Shown here one piece after another: positions 59,923 through 64,000 of a stretch of DNA of 64,000 bases (positions are counted from its first letter, which is position 1; every line of letters starts with the position of its first letter). The notes below the pieces were generated by a model that ran no database searches, was not told where the DNA came from, and worked only from the letters and a program-made list of their open reading frames with translations. The stretch comes from an uncultured virus (IMG/VR IMGVR_UViG_2687453603_000006) (taxonomy: Duplodnaviria; Heunggongvirae; Uroviricota; Caudoviricetes): the IMG/VR virus record IMGVR_UViG_2687453603_000006, one strand, 5' to 3'. The position numbers and the translations under genes are program-made.

Positions 59923-61425
59923 TTGAAAACTCAAAAACAAGTCGCTGAAAGATTGCGTGCTTACGTTAACGGTACTGTTGATAGTCCATATCGAGTTAGA
60001 ACTTGGACTCATTATGATGATGATTTTGGAACAATGGAACCGGGTTGTATTGATGTTGATCGTAGCTTCCATGCTCAATGTATGGATCTCGTAGTTGACT
60101 ATTGTTTATGGATATCTGATAATCAATTCAGAATTCGTGGTAATGCAAAACAAGCTATCGACAACCCTCTTCCAAAAGGCTGGAAAATTATTCGTAATGA
60201 AAGAGCCACAGTGCCGAAACAGGGCTGGATAGGTGTTAATACAAGCACATATTATGGTCATATTTGGCTCGTTGATAAAGGTGCTACTCAAATGACTATG
60301 CCTGTTATTGAGCAAAACTGGAATTCGTTAGCGAACTTAAAACCAAAACGTAGACTTGATTACTACTATGGTTGTACTCACTTTATCGTTCCGCCAATTA
60401 GTTCAAATAATGCTATTGTGAGAGCTGCTAAGAACGTTTTACCTAGTCCTAAACCTATGAAAGTATTACTTGTAGCTGGACATGGTAAAGGTGCTTATTC
60501 AAACGATCCTGGTACAGTAAATACTGAATTAGATATTTGTGAAAGAGACTTTGTTAGACAAAAAATCGTTCCTAATGTTGCTAAGTATCTTAGACAAGCA
60601 GAAGTTAATGTACAATTGTATGGTGGTTCTACTATGAACCAAGACATGTATCAAGACACTAAATATGGTGTTAATCTTGGAGATACTAAGAGATATGGAA
60701 TGTACTGGGCTGCTCGACAAGGTTTCGATCAAATTGTCGAATTCCATTTGGACTCAGCTGGCTCACAAGCTTCTGGTGGCCATGTAATTATTGATAATAA
60801 CGTATATCAAGATAAGATTGATGAAAGACTTCATAAGGTTATTGATAAATACGTTGGTACAATTCGAGGTATAGACAAGCGTGATAACTTATTGAATGCT
60901 AACGTATCTGCCGACCTAAACCAAAATTATAGATTAGTTGAATTAGGTTTCATTACTAATAAAACTGATGTAAGAAATATCGAGAGACATCTTGAAGACT
61001 TCACTAAAGAAATGGCTGAAGCTATTGTTGGTAATGTTATCGGTAATAACTTAGGTTCTCAAGATATAAAGCCTTCTACTAAAAAAGGTAGTAAATCTAA
61101 ACCTTCTAAGAAAAAACCTAAACCTCAACAAATTGAGTGGAAGTGGTCTGGCACTTTCTACCCTAATACATTGATCAAAGTTAGAAGAAACTGGGGGCTT
61201 AACGGTGAAGAAGTTCCTAGAAAATTCTGGCTTAATGGAGAAAAAGACTGGGTATATATCCATTCAGTTATCAAAGACACTAAGAATAAATTATGGTGGG
61301 CTAAGATGACTTATCCTCAAAACAAGGAAATTAAATACTTCTATTGTGCTTTAGGTAAAATCACTGATAAAGAAGCCAAAATTAAAAAAGAAAAAGAATT
61401 ATATGGTAAAATTAAATGGAAATAA
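59923..61425 (+). CDS. Endolysin: CHAP + amidase_3 + SH3b-like cell-wall-binding domain
   Basis: AQCMDL, YGHI and EQNW (CHAP); VAGHG, EFHLD and LVELGFITN (amidase_3); WSGTFYPNTLIKVR (SH3). Confidence 0.9.
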   Translation: MKTQKQVAERLRAYVNGTVDSPYRVRTWTHYDDDFGTMEPGCIDVDRSFHAQCMDLVVDYCLWISDNQFRIRGNAKQAIDNPLPKGWKIIRNERATVPKQGWIGVNTSTYYGHIWLVDKGATQMTMPVIEQNWNSLANLKPKRRLDYYYGCTHFIVPPISSNNAIVRAAKNVLPSPKPMKVLLVAGHGKGAYSNDPGTVNTELDICERDFVRQKIVPNVAKYLRQAEVNVQLYGGSTMNQDMYQDTKYGVNLGDTKRYGMYWAARQGFDQIVEFHLDSAGSQASGGHVIIDNNVYQDKIDERLHKVIDKYVGTIRGIDKRDNLLNANVSADLNQNYRLVELGFITNKTDVRNIERHLEDFTKEMAEAIVGNVIGNNLGSQDIKPSTKKGSKSKPSKKKPKPQQIEWKWSGTFYPNTLIKVRRNWGLNGEEVPRKFWLNGEKDWVYIHSVIKDTKNKLWWAKMTYPQNKEIKYFYCALGKITDKEAKIKKEKELYGKIKWK

Positions 61426-61448
61426 TCATTTAAGATTATTATAATTTA

Positions 61449-61491
61449 TCCCCTCTGACTATTTAAAATAGTTGGAGGGGAATTTTTTTTT
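61449..61491 (+). terminator. Terminator ending late operon
   Basis: TCCCCTCTGACTAT...ATAGTTGGAGGGGA followed by a T-run. Confidence 0.8.
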
Positions 61492-62085
61492 GTCTAAATT
61501 TTATACTAGCTTTAAATTTAATTTTGTTTGAGCCATCAAACAATTTGTTACTATTGTGCTTGTCTGTAAATCAGTTAGTCTTATAGTGTAAGAACCTTCT
61601 TCAGTCCTTATAACGATCATTACATCTTCAATTTTTCCGTCTCGATATCTGGAATAATTAGTCCTTGTGTAGCTTTACCAATAAAATTTACGTTCATTTC
61701 CATTCAAACATTATCCTCCCGTTGTATTGTAAACGTAGTAAAAATGTGAAACTACTTGTAACTATGTAAACCCTTCTTGATACTTAGTTGATAACCCTTA
61801 ACTTTTATTTAAGAGTTGGAGTAAGAATTAATAAATACATAAATAGGTAATTTAACTTAGTCTAAAGAAAAATGTTTATATAATTACTAAAAAACTTAAT
61901 TGTGTTTCCCAATTATTTACACTCTTAAATGCATAATTTGAAATCGCTAAATAAATATATCACGAATATAAAAAATATAGTATAAGTAACATTTACATAA
62001 AATTTACAAAAGTAACTTATTTGTAGCAATTGTGTGTATTTTATAGAATTTTTTTATATTCCCTAAACATTTCTTTTTTAAACAT

Positions 62086-62262
62086 TTATATTTCTTTAAA
62101 TTGTATATTAAAATCTTTTGTACTTTTTATAACTATTGTTCTCCCCTCTTCATTCGCTCTAAGAACTGTGACTATATCAAAAATATTTTCATTAGAGAAT
62201 TGTAGCAGCTCCTCTTCTGTGAAATCTCTCTCACCTTCAATTACAATTCGATATTTTTTCAT
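62086..62262 (-). CDS. Small SOS-regulated hypothetical protein (58 aa)
   Basis: Not in ORF track. AAAGGA RBS; MKKYRIVIEGERDFTEEELLQF...NIQFKEI. Confidence 0.6.
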   Translation of the reverse strand: MKKYRIVIEGERDFTEEELLQFSNENIFDIVTVLRANEEGRTIVIKSTKDFNIQFKEI

Positions 62263-62294
62263 AGTACATCATCCTTTCGCAAAATTTAAATATG

Positions 62295-62343
62295 AGAACG
62301 TTTGTTCGGTATTTATATTAAGGTAATTTTAGAACGTTGTCAA
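62295..62343 (-). promoter_or_regulatory. LexA (SOS) box and promoter
   Basis: CGAAC-AAAC-GTTCT on minus strand (62295-62308) matches Firmicutes GAAC-N4-GTTC; TTGACA-17-TAATAT upstream. Confidence 0.7.
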
Positions 62344-62396
62344 CAAAAATAAAAAGCTCAATGGTAAATAACCAAAGAGCTTACTAGATATTTGTT

Positions 62397-64000
62397 CTAC
62401 TTCGACTTATCTTCCACTAAATATTCTACTGGAATTTTGCTAAGTATTAAATCTTTTGACAGCTGTTCGTCATATTTAATAATAATTAGTTTCACATCAT
62501 TTTGATCGCAAAGTTGCTGTTTATGCTTATCTCTAGCTTGTTGTTTCTTTAAACTTTCTTCTCCTCCCCAATGCTCAACTGGTTTATAGTGTTGAATACC
62601 ATTATACTCAAAGCCTAGTTTTAATTCTGGTATATAAATATCTATTTCTAAACCTTCAAGGAAATTTGGTCTACAATGACGTTCGCACTCATAACCTTCA
62701 AATATATCTTCGACAATTCTAAACATCATAGTTTCAGATATCCAACCTTCTCCTATCTTAGCTACACCATATTCTTCTCTAAGAATATTTTCAGCTTCTT
62801 TTCCATAGATATCGTTATCTAAGTCGTTTTCTATTTGCACTTGATCAATATACCAACCATGATACTTCCTAAATTTACTATCATTACTTGAATATATACG
62901 ATTAGGAGTTGTTTTATTACATCTAAAGCAGATATTATCTTTGAATTGAATTTCATTAATTATGTCAGTATTTTCATCATTTAGATATGCTTTAATCACT
63001 GGAGGTAAACATTCTTTTACATTTAGTTTATTTACTTTTAATTTATGTAAAGCTTTTTTAGTACAACTACACATATATGGTTCTTGATCAAATGAGTCTC
63101 TAAATGCAAAGAATTTTGTCTGATGGTCTAATGGATAATAAGTTATATGTGCTCTATTGTCATCATTTAATACAAAATCAAAACTATCTCCATAGCTATA
63201 ATTTAATATTCTCTTAATTCTATTTTCGGTATGTGATACAAATTCTCTGTATTCGATTAAATATTTTTTGTATATCTTTCCTTCTAAATAAATTTCTTTA
63301 TTTTTCCAATTCTTAATTAAAAAGAATATATTTTCAATGTCATCTCTATGTTCAAGATATTCCATATCGCTAGTTACTTTTATACTATATTTATTATCTT
63401 CAAATTCAAAGTTGTCGAAACGCTTCATTAAATTGATCGCAGTCTCGAAATACTTCGATTTACTTTTAGATATTGTAATTCTTAATAAATCTTTTTCTTT
63501 ATTCAATTCGTCTAATTCATCTATGTTAGGTTTGTATTGATTAGGGTTATCTAACAAAAGTCCGTCTAATGCTCCATAATATTTACCATTTATCTCAACT
63601 TCCTCAAAACGATCATTCAAAGGATGTAGCTGTGGTCTATTATCTACAAGAACCTCTTCAATTATATTATGAATATGATTTTGAGTATCTCTACCTCTCT
63701 CAATGACATTAATAATTTCTTTAGAGTCCTTTATAGTTCCAATACTGATATAATTTGTGAAACTTCTTTTAGTATCACCATAAGTTATTCTAATAGGTTT
63801 GTTTCCTAAAGTTTCATCTAACTCTACTTGAATAACATCTTTAAAAGGAATTTTATATGCGAAATCTTCTTCTTGATTTACCATATAAATTGAATTAATT
63901 GATAAATAAAATGAACAGTATATATTTCTGTATGTGCCATCGAAGGTATACTCAAAGTTACAAACAGTTTTATAATAAATTTCAACATTGCCAAACTTCT
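62397..64000 (-). CDS. Accessory protein with C-terminal PD-(D/E)XK/DUF559-like nuclease domain; 5' end outside window
   Basis: LEIDIYIPELKLGFEYNGIQHY...RDKHKQQLC. The frame upstream of ATG 63884 stays open to the window edge. Confidence 0.7.
   Translation of the reverse strand, partial: KFGNVEIYYKTVCNFEYTFDGTYRNIYCSFYLSINSIYMVNQEEDFAYKIPFKDVIQVELDETLGNKPIRITYGDTKRSFTNYISIGTIKDSKEIINVIERGRDTQNHIHNIIEEVLVDNRPQLHPLNDRFEEVEINGKYYGALDGLLLDNPNQYKPNIDELDELNKEKDLLRITISKSKSKYFETAINLMKRFDNFEFEDNKYSIKVTSDMEYLEHRDDIENIFFLIKNWKNKEIYLEGKIYKKYLIEYREFVSHTENRIKRILNYSYGDSFDFVLNDDNRAHITYYPLDHQTKFFAFRDSFDQEPYMCSCTKKALHKLKVNKLNVKECLPPVIKAYLNDENTDIINEIQFKDNICFRCNKTTPNRIYSSNDSKFRKYHGWYIDQVQIENDLDNDIYGKEAENILREEYGVAKIGEGWISETMMFRIVEDIFEGYECERHCRPNFLEGLEIDIYIPELKLGFEYNGIQHYKPVEHWGGEESLKKQQARDKHKQQLCDQNDVKLIIIKYDEQLSKDLILSKIPVEYLVEDKSK

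Noticed and set aside
61501..61720. Possible degraded minus-strand gene after a GGAGG RBS
   Set aside because: Stop at codon 6 and frame breaks; cannot assign without homology search.

Overview
AT-rich 64-kb segment of a large temperate siphovirus (prophage) with SPbeta-like gene order. The host is most likely a staphylococcus, inferred from the IS256 copy and the CHAP/amidase/SH3-type endolysin. Left to right: (1) a truncated tyrosine-recombinase-fold gene, probably a repressor like SPbeta MrpR; (2) a minus-strand cluster of small early genes (two ArdA-like antirestriction proteins, a two-domain beta-clamp-like protein, acidic proteins), one of them split by an intact IS256; (3) a 3.7-kb non-coding zone with TA/TG low-complexity DNA, a sharp strand-skew flip and long repeats (candidate genome end/pac site and origin); (4) putative initiator and RecD2 genes; (5) a ~45-kb plus-strand late region: sigma-like/Zn-finger protein, HU, YonK, YonJ-like phosphoesterase, a 1.7-kb structured non-coding block, terminase, portal, capsid, tail, YomM-like recombinase, tape measure, giant tail proteins, holin, collagen-like protein and endolysin; (6) a LexA-box-controlled small gene and a nuclease-domain accessory gene. 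The most notable unannotated signals are: the 1.7-kb block before terminase (small H-type pseudoknots, a pseudoknotted ~200-nt domain, an anticodon-less tRNA mimic, anti-Shine-Dalgarno hairpins); a 15-bp motif AAGAAATAANATATA found about 13 times, several inside promoter spacers; a pseudoknotted leader before the late operon; and apparent avoidance of GAWTC and GCATC. All calls are by eye from sequence and motif recall; no searches were run.
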